NCBI RefSeq assembly: GCF_046119375.1
Contig: NW_027362772.1
Span: 91,450,001-91,513,949 of the forward strand
DNA from: Phyllobates terribilis
Taxonomy: Eukaryota
Direction: 5' to 3'
Length of the DNA: 63,949 nt
In this document: one piece after another, positions 22,901 to 33,231 of the stretch
Numbering within the stretch: the first letter of the stretch is position 1
How the letters are laid out: the number at the start of each line of letters is the position of its first letter
The notes under the pieces: generated by a model
What the model was told of the DNA's origin: nothing
The model's input: only the letters and a program-made list of their open reading frames with translations
The model's database searches: none
Translations under genes and position numbers: made by a program

Positions 22901-25900
22901 TTCCAAACGTTTGAAGCGTGATCACCGAACAATCAAGCGTTTCATGGCAAATAGCCAACAGGGTCGCAAGAAGCGTGTTGGCCAAAAAAGGCGCAAAATA
23001 ACTGCCCATGAATTGAGGAAAATCAAGCGTGAAGCTGCCAAGATGCCATTCGCCACCAGTTTTGCCATATTTCAGAGCTGCAACGTTACTGGAGTATCAA
23101 AAAGCACAAGGTGTGCGATACTCAGGGACATGGCCAAGGTAAGGAAGGCGGAAAAACCACCACCTCTGAACAAGAAACATAAGATAAAACGTCAAGAATG
23201 GGCCAAGAAATATCTGAAGACTGATTTTTCAAAGGTTTTATGGACTGATGAAATGAGAGTGACTCTTGCTGGGCCAGATGGATGGGCCAGAGGCTGGATC
23301 AGTAAAGGGTAGAGAGCGCCACTCCGACTCAGACGCCAGCAAGGTGGAGGTGGGGTACTGGTATGGGCTGGGATCATCAAAGATGAACTTGTGGGACCTT
23401 TTTGGGTTGAGGATGGAGTGAAGCTCAACTCCCAGACCTACTGCCAGTTTCTGGAAGACAACTTCTTCAAGCAGTGGTAAGTAAGAAGTCGGTATCGTTC
23501 AAGAAAAACATGATTTTCATGCAGGACAATGCTCCATCACATGCATCCAACTACTCCACAGCGTGGCTGGCCAGTAAAGGTCTAAAAGAAAAAAAAATAA
23601 TGACATGGCCCCCTTGTTCACCTGATCTGAACCCCATAGAGAACCTGTGGTCCATCATAAAATGTGAGATCTGCAGGGAGGGAAAACAGTACACCTCTCG
23701 GAGCAATGTCTGGGAGGCTGTGGTGAGATCTACAGGGAGGGAAAACAGTACACCTCTCGGAGCAATGTCTGGGAGACTGTGGTGAGATCTACAGGGAGGG
23801 AAAACAGTACACCTCTCGGAGCAATGTCTGGGAGACTGTGGTGAGATCTACAGGGAGGGAAAACAGTACACCTCTCGGAGCAATGTCTGGGAGGCTGTGG
23901 TGAGATCTACAGGGAGGGAAAACAGTACACCTCTCGGAGCAGTGTCTGGGAGGCTGTGACGAGATCTACAGGGAGGGAAAACAGTACACCTCTCGGAGCA
24001 GTGTCTGGGAGGCTGTGGTGGCTGCTGCACGCAATGGTGATCGAAAACAGATCAAGCAACTGACAGAATCTATGCATGGAGGCTGCTGAGCGTCATCATA
24101 AAGAAAGGGGGCTATATTCATCACTAATTTTTTTTGTTTTTGCATGTCAGAAATGTTTATTTCTAAATTTTGTGCACTGATATTGGTTTACCTGGTGAAA
24201 ATAAACACGTGAGATGGGATTATATTTGGTTTTTATTAAGTTGCCTAATAATTCTGCACAGTAATAGTTACCTGCACAAACAGATATCCTCCTAAGATAG
24301 CCAAATCGAAAAAAAAAACACTCCAACTTCCAAAAATATTAAGCTTGGATATTTATGAGTCTTTTGGGTTGATTGAGAACAGAGTTGTTGATCAATAATA
24401 AAAATAATCCTCTAAAATACAACTTGCCTAATAATTCTGCACACAGTGTATGTGTAAGTCTTGTTATTAGGCTGTGTGCCCCCTATTAGGCTGTGTGCCC
24501 CCGATGTGTTTTTTTTTAATTGTTTCCACAGCGGCAATTCCTCTGCAGAAACGCTTAAACGCATGGTAGAAGGCCTGCCATGTCCCCCAATGATAATCCG
24601 CTGTGCTGTGCACATGCTGCAGAAACTTCCGCTGCGGATTATCATTGCGGAAAAAAATGCAGCACTACCAATTATTTTGCAGAAGCGCAGCGTTGCATTG
24701 GAACGCATGGATTACGCATCACTGTATCTGTACATGCAGAATCCATGCGTTTCAATGTGCGGATGGTACCCGGGTGTGGAGGACAGGAGACTCTCCTCCA
24801 GACCCGGGTACCATAGAACCTGTAAAAAAAGAATAAAATAATAAATATACATTATACTCACCTTCTGATGGCCCCCGGTGTCCTTGTCTCAGCTTGCCGG
24901 CAGATCGTGGTGGATTAAAGGACCTTCGCTGACATCATTTAGTCATGTGACGGCAGGTCCTTCAGTCCACCGCGAGCTGCCGGCAAGCGAAGACAAGCAC
25001 ACCGGGGGCCATCAGAAGGTGAGTATAGATTTGTTTTTTTTATTTTTTACCATTCTTTTGGTCACTATATAAATCCATGCCGGTTGAAAGTGATAAGTGA
25101 TTGATTGCACTAATCACTTTAATGTTCTAATTATTATTATATGAGGACCTTGATTGTGTAAATTATATAATTGGCAATACAACATTTTTGTTAATTTTTT
25201 AATATCAGAGATTAATGCCCTACTTTATCTGGTATTTTTTTTGGATGGTATGAAAATATTGACTATCGATTCCAGCACTTTCTTTCTACGTTTTGTGAAT
25301 TTTAAATATTTAGTAATAAAGATTAATTATGGTTTAAGTATATTCTGGGTGTTGGGCTTTTCTCGTGGCCGTATTTGTGTCACTGCTGCGCCGTCTCTTG
25401 TATTCCGCGCCGTTCTCACCCGCCTCTCTCCGCAGGCGAGCTCTTCGCTCAGGCGTCGGTGGAGCAGTTCCCAGGAATCGCTGTAGAAAATGTCGTTGAT
25501 TCGAGTCGTTATTTTGTGATTTGCATTGAGGACGGGACTGGTGAGTGCCCGCGGGGTGCCCCATAGGGGCATGCCTCCCACCCACATGTCCTACCTGTTC
25601 TTCTCCTCCTGCAGGACGGCGGGCGTTCATCGGGGTGGGATTTGCTGACCGCGGGGATGCTTTTGACTTCAATGTGGCTCTGCAGGATCACTTCAAGTAA
25701 GTCTCACCGAGGAGGCGCCTGTGTGTGTATCAGGGCTGTGGAGTCCGTAAGTTAAACCTCCGACTCAGACTCCTCAATTTCCACGACTCTGATTCCACAG
25801 CCCTGGTGTGTACAGCGTCTAATGTCTCTGTGTATGCGCCATGGTTTCCGGCCCGCCGGTGGCGGCCTCGGCTGCTGGCTTCCGGCCCGCCGGTGGCGGC

Positions 25901-27047
25901 CTCGGCTGCTGGCTTCCGGCCCGCCGGTGGCGGCCTCGGCTTCCGGCCCGCCGGTGGCGGCCTCGGCTGCTGGCTTCCGGCCCGCCGGTGGCGGTCTCCT
26001 TTTTGTGACTCCCCGTCTTTGTCTTTCCGCCTCCAGATGGGTGAAGCAACAGTCAGAATTTGCAAAACAAGCTCAGAACCCGGATCCGGGACCGAAACTG
26101 GACCTCGGCTTCAAGGAGGGACAGACTATCAAGATCAACATAGCTGTAGGTGTAGGGCGCTCGCACCCGCTGGCACCGGAGATCTCTGCTGACGGGTTGG
26201 GTTTATCTCGTGTCTTGTGTGTGGTTAATGGGCCCCATTGATCTCCAGAACGGAGGCCCGCGAGCTGCAGGCGGTTGTGCGCCGCCGCCTCCACAAGGTT
26301 GCAGAAGGAGACTAGTTCCATCAGCTGAGTATCCATGTTACGGTATCGGTGCCGCCCCTGCGCACAGGCCGTGTCTGGCACTGCAGGTCAGCCGCACTCA
26401 CTTCTGTAGGGCTGGGCTACAATTTCAGACACGACCCTTGGGGCGCTGTGTTACTGATCTGGGAATTGAGCAGCCATGGTCTCTGATCCCGGAGAGCCCC
26501 TTTAAAGCCTTCTGTACGGACTTGTCTCCATAGTCTGCAGACGCCTTCATCGTTTCATTGTCTCGGCCCAGGAACCCTCGGAGTGCCGCTCTGCTTCAAC
26601 ATGTCCCTTCTCTCCCCACAGAACATGAAGAAAAAAGAGGGCGCCCCTACAGGTGCTAAACCGCGACCACTGAGCTCTGGCCCCAGCCTGCTTCCCCCAC
26701 CGCCGGGCACCAGGACCACCACTCAGCAGAGCGCCCCCCAGCCGGCCTCAGCAGGTGAGGGTATGATTCCTGTGTGGTCAGGCTGTGGATCCCCCCGGCC
26801 CCTGTCAGTCACTTCTCTCTCCCCTCCAGGGCTGCTCTTGGATATCGGAAGCTTTTCCTCCAGCGCAGAACCAGCGGCTCCTACCGACGCGTGGGGCGAC
26901 TTCACGAAGGCTGCGGGGTGAGTTGGGGTCACAGTGGGTTCTCCTTGCTCTGGGTGGGGGGCTCGTTCATTGTTACACGTTCTCTCCTGTTTTGCCCCTC
27001 ACAGTTCAGCCTCTGAACAGCCGAGCTCCGGGTGGGTGCAGTTCTGA
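7889..27047 (+). CDS. NECAP2: Adaptin ear-binding coat-associated protein 2; join(7889-7980,8047-8147,25436-25540,25615-25696,26037-26145,26622-26754,26830-26917,27005-27047), 250 aa
   Basis: PHear domain [19 protein letters not shown]...[21 protein letters not shown]..., [13 protein letters not shown] motif, WGDF motif and C-terminal WVQF; NECAP2-type residues and position between SZRD1 and CROCC. Confidence 0.97.
8047..8147 (+). CDS. NECAP2: NECAP2 exon 2
   Basis: CCACAG acceptor, [33 protein letters not shown], donor GTGAGG at 8148. Confidence 0.96.
8160..22440. repeat. 14.3-kb purine-rich 30-bp minisatellite with higher-order structure, NECAP2 intron 2
   Basis: Core GAGGGGAGAGGAGC plus variant halves (AGGATAGCGGGATAAC, AGGATAGCAGGATGGT, GCGACGGCGGGATAAC, GCGACGGCGGGATGCC); about 470 units by length. 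Confidence 0.99.
22658..24448 (+). mobile_element. Full-length but inactivated Tc1-like transposon with DD37E spacing (TRT-like)
   Basis: TA at 22656-57 and 24449-50; perfect 25-bp ITR CACTGTGTGCAGAATTATTAGGCAA; inner repeats near 22780 and 24240; transposase ATG 22819 with frameshift and stops; WTDEMR, QDNAPSH, 37 residues, then PIENLW. Confidence 0.95.
23666..24019. repeat. 59-bp tandem repeat x6 inside the transposase 3' end
   Basis: Unit GAGATCTACAGGGAGGGAAAACAGTACACCTCTCGGAGCAATGTCTGGGAGGCTGTGGT at 23666, 23725, 23784, 23843, 23902, 23961. Confidence 0.97.
24465..25030. mobile_element. Non-autonomous hairpin-rich (MITE-like) element or elements
   Basis: Serial inverted repeats ATAATCCGC/GCGGATTAT, AACGCATGGATT/AATCCATGCGTT, ATGGTACCCGGG/CCCGGGTACCAT, and a 175-bp palindrome at 24853-25027; no coding capacity. 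Confidence 0.6.
25436..25540 (+). CDS. NECAP2: NECAP2 exon 3
   Basis: CCGCAG acceptor, [34 protein letters not shown], donor GTGAGT at 25541. Confidence 0.95.
25615..25696 (+). CDS. NECAP2: NECAP2 exon 4
   Basis: [26 protein letters not shown], donor GTAAGT at 25697. Confidence 0.96.
25843..25995. repeat. GC-rich 27/36-bp tandem repeat, about 5 copies, NECAP2 intron 4
   Basis: TTCCGGCCCGCCGGTGGCGGCCTCGGC(TGCTGGC) units. Confidence 0.9.
26037..26145 (+). CDS. NECAP2: NECAP2 exon 5
   Basis: [36 protein letters not shown], donor GTAGGT. Confidence 0.96.
26622..26754 (+). CDS. NECAP2: NECAP2 exon 6
   Basis: [29 protein letters not shown]..., donor GTGAGG at 26755. Confidence 0.92.
26830..26917 (+). 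CDS. NECAP2: NECAP2 exon 7
   Basis: [28 protein letters not shown], donor GTGAGT at 26918; phase-consistent. Confidence 0.9.
27005..27047 (+). CDS. NECAP2: NECAP2 exon 8 (stop)
   Basis: [14 protein letters not shown]-terminal WXXF AP-2 ear-binding motif. Confidence 0.95.
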
Positions 27048-27886
27048 GGGTCCGGCCTGCTGTGCCCCGCGGGGGTCCCTATCTGATGGACCAGAGCAGC
27101 ACTGGACACTCTTGGATCTTGCAGACAATGATGGTGGTTCTGTTGTTGCTCCTCTGACGGCGTCTGATGAAGGTTTCCTGTTCACCTCTTGGGTCGGGGG
27201 TCTCCCATACGGAGCTGCTGTCTTCTGCTGCTGAGATAAGGTTGTTCAGAACCTCACGGAACTTTCTGGAACGATGGCGGATTGTGGTGGGCCGAGCCAC
27301 GGTTGTCTGATGCCGCCCGGAAAACTGTTTACTGAAAAATGGTGCCACCCCGACCCCTCCTGTGACCGGACTTGTCACCGACTAAACCTGTCACCAAAGA
27401 GCTAATCCCAAAACGTGACCTCTGGTGACATGTGAGGCTACCAGTCTGCATCAGGAAAGCTGGGTGCCCCCAATATTATCTCCAAGACCCCCTAGCCTTG
27501 TCCTCAGGTTAACATCCTGGGCCGCTGCGTGACTGGTGATGGCGCCGTGGTGGCAGTGCCCGGCTTTTCCTGAGGATCGGCCGTCGCTCTCTGTCCCTGC
27601 GACGGGTTTAGATGTGTGCCCCCCTCACCTAAGTGCCTGATGCTGAAGCCCCCATTGGTGTCCTGCCCCGAGTGAATGTAGATTGAAAGCTTCTGCCGTC
27701 CCCTCCGCCCCGTGCCCCCTTCATGTTTCTAGATTTTCTTTCCTGTCAGATTTTGGTGCAATGAAAATTTCCAAAGATTTTAAATGATTTTATACAAGAA
27801 GCCGAATGTGAAGAGGAAGACGGAGCGAGAGACGCTGGGAATCTGCCCCTGCACAGGCTCCATACACCAGCACAGGGTATCCTACA

Positions 27887-28195
27887 CTCCAGTCACCTCC
27901 GGAGCTGCGCTCACCTCACGTCTCCTCCTCCAGTCACCTCCGGAGCTGCGCTCACCTCACGTCTCCTCCTCCAGTCACCTCCGGAGCTGCGCTCACCTCA
28001 CGTCTCCTCCTCCAGTCACCTCCGGAGCTGCGCTCACCTCACGTCTCCTCCTCCAGTCACCTCCGGAGCTGCGCTCACCTCACGTCTCCTCCTTCAGTCA
28101 CCTCCGGAGCTGCGCTCACCTCACGTCTCCTCCTTCAGTCACCTCCGGAGCTGCGCTCACCTCACGTCTCCTACTCCAGTCACAGCCAGAGCTGC
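27887..28195. repeat. 41-bp tandem repeat, about 7.5 copies, downstream of the NECAP2 stop (putative 3' UTR)
   Basis: Unit CTCCAGTCACCTCCGGAGCTGCGCTCACCTCACGTCTCCTC at 27887, 27928, 27969 ... 28174. Confidence 0.96.
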
Positions 28196-28614
28196 CGGCA
28201 TCATTTTATAGTTTTCCTTTGGCTCTCAGTGCTGCCCCCCCGGTGGTGACTGTGTGAGCCCTGTGGGGACAAGGTGCAGGACAGCGAGTCTGGGCTCATT
28301 ATCAATGAGTGCAGCTCTGGATGTGACTGCAGCATACATGGAGTGCACATGACGTCACTCGAGAAGTAATGGTGACTTGGTTGCAGCTTTACCTGTGATT
28401 GGAGCTCAGAAGCGCGGCTGCCTTGGCTGCGGAGCTGACAATCCGCCCCGTTCTGTAACATTCCCGCCTGGACCATTATTTCTCTGACCAATCGGCCTCT
28501 TTCCTCTTGCCGCGATCGCTATCTTCGGCTTTTACTAATAACCGCGTGATTTTCTGATTTTTGGGCTTTTTGTCTTAAATATTTGTGAAATTCTATGAAG
28601 ATTTCTAACAGTGG

Positions 28615-28620
28615 AATAAA
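28615..28620 (+). terminator. NECAP2: Candidate NECAP2 polyadenylation signal
   Basis: AATAAA in a U-rich context, about 1.57 kb after the stop. Confidence 0.55.
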
Positions 28621-29737
28621 GATTTATTTCAGTAAATAGACGTCGTCGTTCTTCGATCTCCGCCATCTTGGTCCTGCCGGGTGACGCCATTACAGCGCGA
28701 CCACCCTGCCCGGCACGGCCGCTGTCTGTCCTTACCACCGTCTGCATGAAGCAGAAAGCTCCGGATGAGCAGCTCTCCCCACATGTCTGGTACTGCGGAG
28801 CAGGGAATGGTGTGTATGATGATGGGGGTTGTAGGCCGCCACCTCCTCCTCGATATCTCCAGGCCTCCTGTATCTACCACACGACTCGCTGCTGTATAAA
28901 GGGGTCCGTGGCCGTGTGGGGTCCGTACACTGACTGTAGCGGGAGGTGAGGGATTGGGCACCGCTCCAGTACGAGGGCCGGGGCCTCATTCACCAGGTGT
29001 CGGCCGGGTACAGATGGGCAGGATCCTGGGTGACGCGGATAGAAGTGCAGCTCTGGTGTATGGTGCACACAGCGCCTGAAGCCTGGGGTCATCCTGTGCC
29101 CCCGGGGGACATTGTCAGTGCCAGCTGTGCCACCTCCAGGGTGCATGTGTTGATTATGCTGTTGCCACAGAGTGTGCGGGAGTCCTGATTGGCTCTTAGA
29201 AATATGTGCGCCGGCCACACTGTGCCCGCAGGATGAGTGTGCCCCCCTATGTGACCATGTGAGCTGTTACCTGCCACCCCCACTTTGTGCTTGTATGACT
29301 CAGGCAGTGCCCGTCTGTCGGGCCATGCCCCCCGTCTTGTGTCCTTGTGTTAGTCAGGCCGGTCCCCCACCTCCCAGCGTGTGAGTCGGGCCCTGGGGCA
29401 GGTGCGTGCTTGTGCCTGGCGCTCGCTGAGTTGAGCAGTCGCCTCTCGGCTGTAATGGAGATGATGGAGCCGTGTGACCGAAGCGGAGTCACTGAATTCA
29501 GGCCGTTCTCCCCTGACAACCCCTCCACCCTGACAACCACACAGGTTGTGTTTACCAGCCGCACACATGCTAATAAGATTAGGATTACTGCCGCTCTTTC
29601 CCGGCTTCACTACCTGGTAACCAGGGCGCAGAACAAAAGCCCTTTAAATTGATTGATTGTGTGCGGGGCGGGGATGGCGGCTGCTGCATCCAGGGAGAGC
29701 GACCCAGAGACCACAGAAGCCACCGAGCAGCAGCCAG

Positions 29738-31713
29738 GAGCACACAGGTGAGGCCGCCGCTCAGAGGGGAGGCACACGGGGGAGGCCGCCGCTCACAGGG
29801 GAGCACACAGGGGAGGCCGCCGCTCACAGGGGAGGCACACGGGGGAGGCTGCCGCTCACAGGTGAGGCCGCCGCTCACAGGGGGGAACATGGGGGGAGGC
29901 TGCTGCTCACAGGGGGGAACATGGGGGGAGGCTGCCGCTCACAGGGGAGCACACAGGTGAGGCCGCCGCTCACAGGGGAGCACACGGGGGAGGCCGCCGC
30001 TCACAGGGGAGCACACGGGGGAGGCCGCCGCTCACAGGGGGGAACACGGGGGAGGCCGCCGCTCACAGGGGGGAACACGGGGGAGGCCGCCGCTCACAGG
30101 GGAGCACACAGGTGAGGCCGCCGCTCACAGGGGGGAACACAGGGGAGGAGGCCGCCGCTCACAGGGGGGCACACGGGGGAGGCCGCCGCTCACAGGGGGG
30201 CACACGGGGGAGGAGGCCGCCGCTCACAGGGGGGAACACGGGGGAGGCCGCCGCTCACAGGGGAGCACACAGGTGAGGCCGCCGCTCACAGGGGGGGGCC
30301 GCCGCTCACAGGGGGGAACACAGGGGAGGCCGCCGCTCACAGGGGGGCACACGGGGGAGGCCGCCGCTCACAGGGAGCACGCGGGGGACGCCGCCGCTCA
30401 CAGGGGAGCACACAGGTGAGGCCGCCGCTCACAGGGGGGAACACGGGGGAGGCCGCCGCTCACAGGGGGGAACACGGGGGAGGCCGCCGCTCACAGGGGG
30501 GAACACGGGGGAGGCCGCCGCTCACAGGGGGCACGCGGGGGAGGCTGCCGCTCACAGGGGGTCACACAGGTGAGGCCGCCGCTCACAGGGGAGCACACGG
30601 GGGAGGCCGCCGCTCACAGGGGGGAACACGGGGGAGGCCGCCGCTCACAGGGGGGAACACAGGGGGAGGCCGCTCACAGGGGAGGCCGCCGCTCACAAGG
30701 AGGGCCGCCGCTCACAGGGGGTCACATGGGTGAGGCCGCTGCTCACTGGGGGGCACACGGGGGAGGCCGCCGCTCACAGGGGGGCACACGGGGGAGGCCG
30801 CCGCTCACAGGGGGGAACACGGGTGAGGCCGCCGCTCACAGGGGGGAACACAGGGGGAGGCCGCTCACAGGGGAGGCCGCCGCTCACAAGGAGGGCCGCC
30901 GCTCACAGGGGGTCACATGGGTGAGGCCGCTGCTCACTGGGGGGCACACGGGGAGACCGCTGCTCACTGGGGGGCACACGGGGGAGGCCGCTGCTCACTG
31001 GGGGGCACACGGGGGAGGCTGCTGCTCACTGGGGGACACATGGGGGAGGCCGCTGCTCACTGGGGGACACACGGGGGAGGCCGCCGCTCACAGGGGGGAC
31101 ACACGGGGGAGGCCGCCGCTCACAGGGGGGAACATGAGGGAGGCCGCCACTCTCAGGGGAGCACACAGGTGAGGCCGCCACTCTCAGGGGAGCACACAGG
31201 TGAGGCCGCCACTCTCAGGGGAGCACACAGGTGAGGCCGCCACTCTCAGGGGAGCACACAGGTGAGGCCGCCGCTCACAGGGGGGATACACGGGGGAGGC
31301 CGCCACTCACAGGGGGGAACATGAGGGAGGCCGCCACTCTCAGGGGAGCACACAGGTGAGGCCACCGCTCACAGGGGAGCACACAGGTGAGGCCGCCACT
31401 CTCAGGGGAGCACACAGGTGAGGCCGCCACTCTCAGGGGAGCACACAGGTGAGGCCGCCACTCTCAGGGGAGCACACAGGTGAGGCCGCCGCTCACAGGG
31501 GGGATACACGGGGGAGGCCGCCGCTCACAGGGGGGAACATGAGGGAGGCCGCCACTCTCAGGGGAGCACACAGGGGAGGCCACCGCTCACAGGGGGGAAC
31601 ACGGGGGAGGCCGCCGCTCACAGGGGGGAACACGGGGGAGGCCAATGCTCACAGGGGGGCCCGTGGGGGAGGCCGCCGCTCACAGGGGGGCCTGCGGGGG
31701 GAGGTCGCCGCTC
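29738..31713. repeat. G-rich minisatellite of about 30 bp with variable units, between NECAP2 and CROCC
   Basis: Recurring GAGGCCGCCGCTCACAGGGGG(AA/AG)CAC units with variable G runs. Confidence 0.97.
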
Positions 31714-32549
31714 CCAGACGCTTCCAAAATAAATCCCTGCAAGTGATGGAGCAATGCTGGGGGCCTCTGCCGCTGGGGCCGCGCTTCATGTGTCCTGTCA
31801 GAGGTGGGCAAAGCATTGGTGCAGCCGCAGGGCGGCCCCGGGGTCAGGGGCCACATCCATTGCCAGGCTGCACTATGAGCTACCGGCAGTGCGGAGCCCC
31901 TCTCCTGTCCGGCCCCCATGTATCTGCTTTACGGCCCGGTCCGCTGGGGCGACCAGAGGATGATCCTCCTGTCCAGGGGCACTGCAGACCCCTCATGGCC
32001 TTCGCTGCCCCCTGGATCTCACATTTACCCGACGCCCGTTCTGCCGTCTCTATCACCACCATAGACCCCAGTGCTGCTGAGACTTCTGGTTCTCCGTGTT
32101 GGTCTGCAGCGGTTCTCTCTAGGCTGCAGGTGACGGGCGCGGGCCGCGGCGCTGGATTTTGGAGCTTTTCATTCTGTGCCAGGGCTAATAGAAAGGTGGC
32201 GGGAGGACGACGTCTGCGGGGGTGAAGGGAAACCGTCAGCAGGCAGGCGCAGCGAGCTGTGGTGTGCGGCCTCTTCCACGTGGAGTTCTGATCCCCAGAG
32301 ATCAAGTGCAGGAGCCGTATGCAAATCAGGCAGGAGGTGCACTGGGGGCGGGCCCTTCTGATAATTTGTGAGTGCACTGCCCGCCCCCAGTGCACCTCCT
32401 GCCTGCTGACGGTTTCCCTGTGATGAGGAGCCTGGGCCTCGTTCACACTGCAGGACATGATATCCTGAGGGTGGCCGGGGCCAACGGTTACGGTGTGTTG
32501 CGTGCGACACTGGAGAAAACCGCCGGCCCCAGTGTCCCAGTCCTCCGGC

Positions 32550-32641
32550 ATCTGATAATCCGGAGCATCTGATAATCCGGAGCATCTGGTAATCCGGAGC
32601 ATCTGATAATCCGGAGCATCTGATAATCCGGAGCATCTGAT
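32550..32641. repeat. 17-bp tandem repeat, about 5.4 copies
   Basis: ATCTGATAATCCGGAGC units. Confidence 0.95.
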
Positions 32642-32999
32642 CGTCCGGCGAGCGCTACTGCGAGGGGCGAAAACCATCCAGAACGGATCCCTTTGGCCGC
32701 GGAATAGTCCGGTGCTGGTGACCGGCGGCGCCTGTGTCAGGGAATCGCCATCAGCGGTTTTCGGTCGCCGTTTTCCGCTGCGGTCGCACGGCTGCAGTGT
32801 GTGAACTCGTCCTGACAGGAGGTGGATTTTGTGGTGATTATTTTGGAGCTTCTGCAGGAAAATGACAATACAAAAAAGGACGAACAAACCGAGAATCTCC
32901 CTCCACGTGAGGATGGCCGCCTCCGCACAAACCGCGGGGAAGAGCGGCCGCTCCGTGTGAATAGCGGGGATCGTTACCACATGACCCGGGCTGTTAGAC

Positions 33000-33013
33000 G
33001 TTTCCATGGCTAC
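33000..33013. promoter_or_regulatory. Candidate RFX X-box upstream of CROCC
   Basis: GTTTCCATGGCTAC, one mismatch from the X-box consensus, about 220 bp upstream of the ATG. Confidence 0.5.
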
Positions 33014-33231
33014 AGGCGCTTGCTGGTTACTGTGTCCTCCGGTGGCGCTGGGTCCTAGCCTCCGCCCTCCGCTGTGATGTCTCCATTCATTGTGAGCCGG
33101 GGCTGGCGGGCTCTAGGGCCCGGGAGGAGGAGGAGGAGGATGAGGAGGATGGGCCTGAGCAGATTGGCCGCTAATCCGCGGAGTCCCGGGGCCGCCAGCA
33201 GCGCCGTCCTCAGCCGGGAGTTGTGTCCCCG

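Noticed and set aside
29347-29652. 101-aa ORF between NECAP2 and CROCC, and other short GC-rich ORFs
   Set aside because: No recognisable homology or consistent splice signals; lengths are as expected by chance at this GC content.
27050-33200. U1 snRNA or tRNA genes, as found near human CROCC
   Set aside because: No ATACTTACCTG start, Sm site or tRNA A/B-box cloverleaf was recognised by eye.
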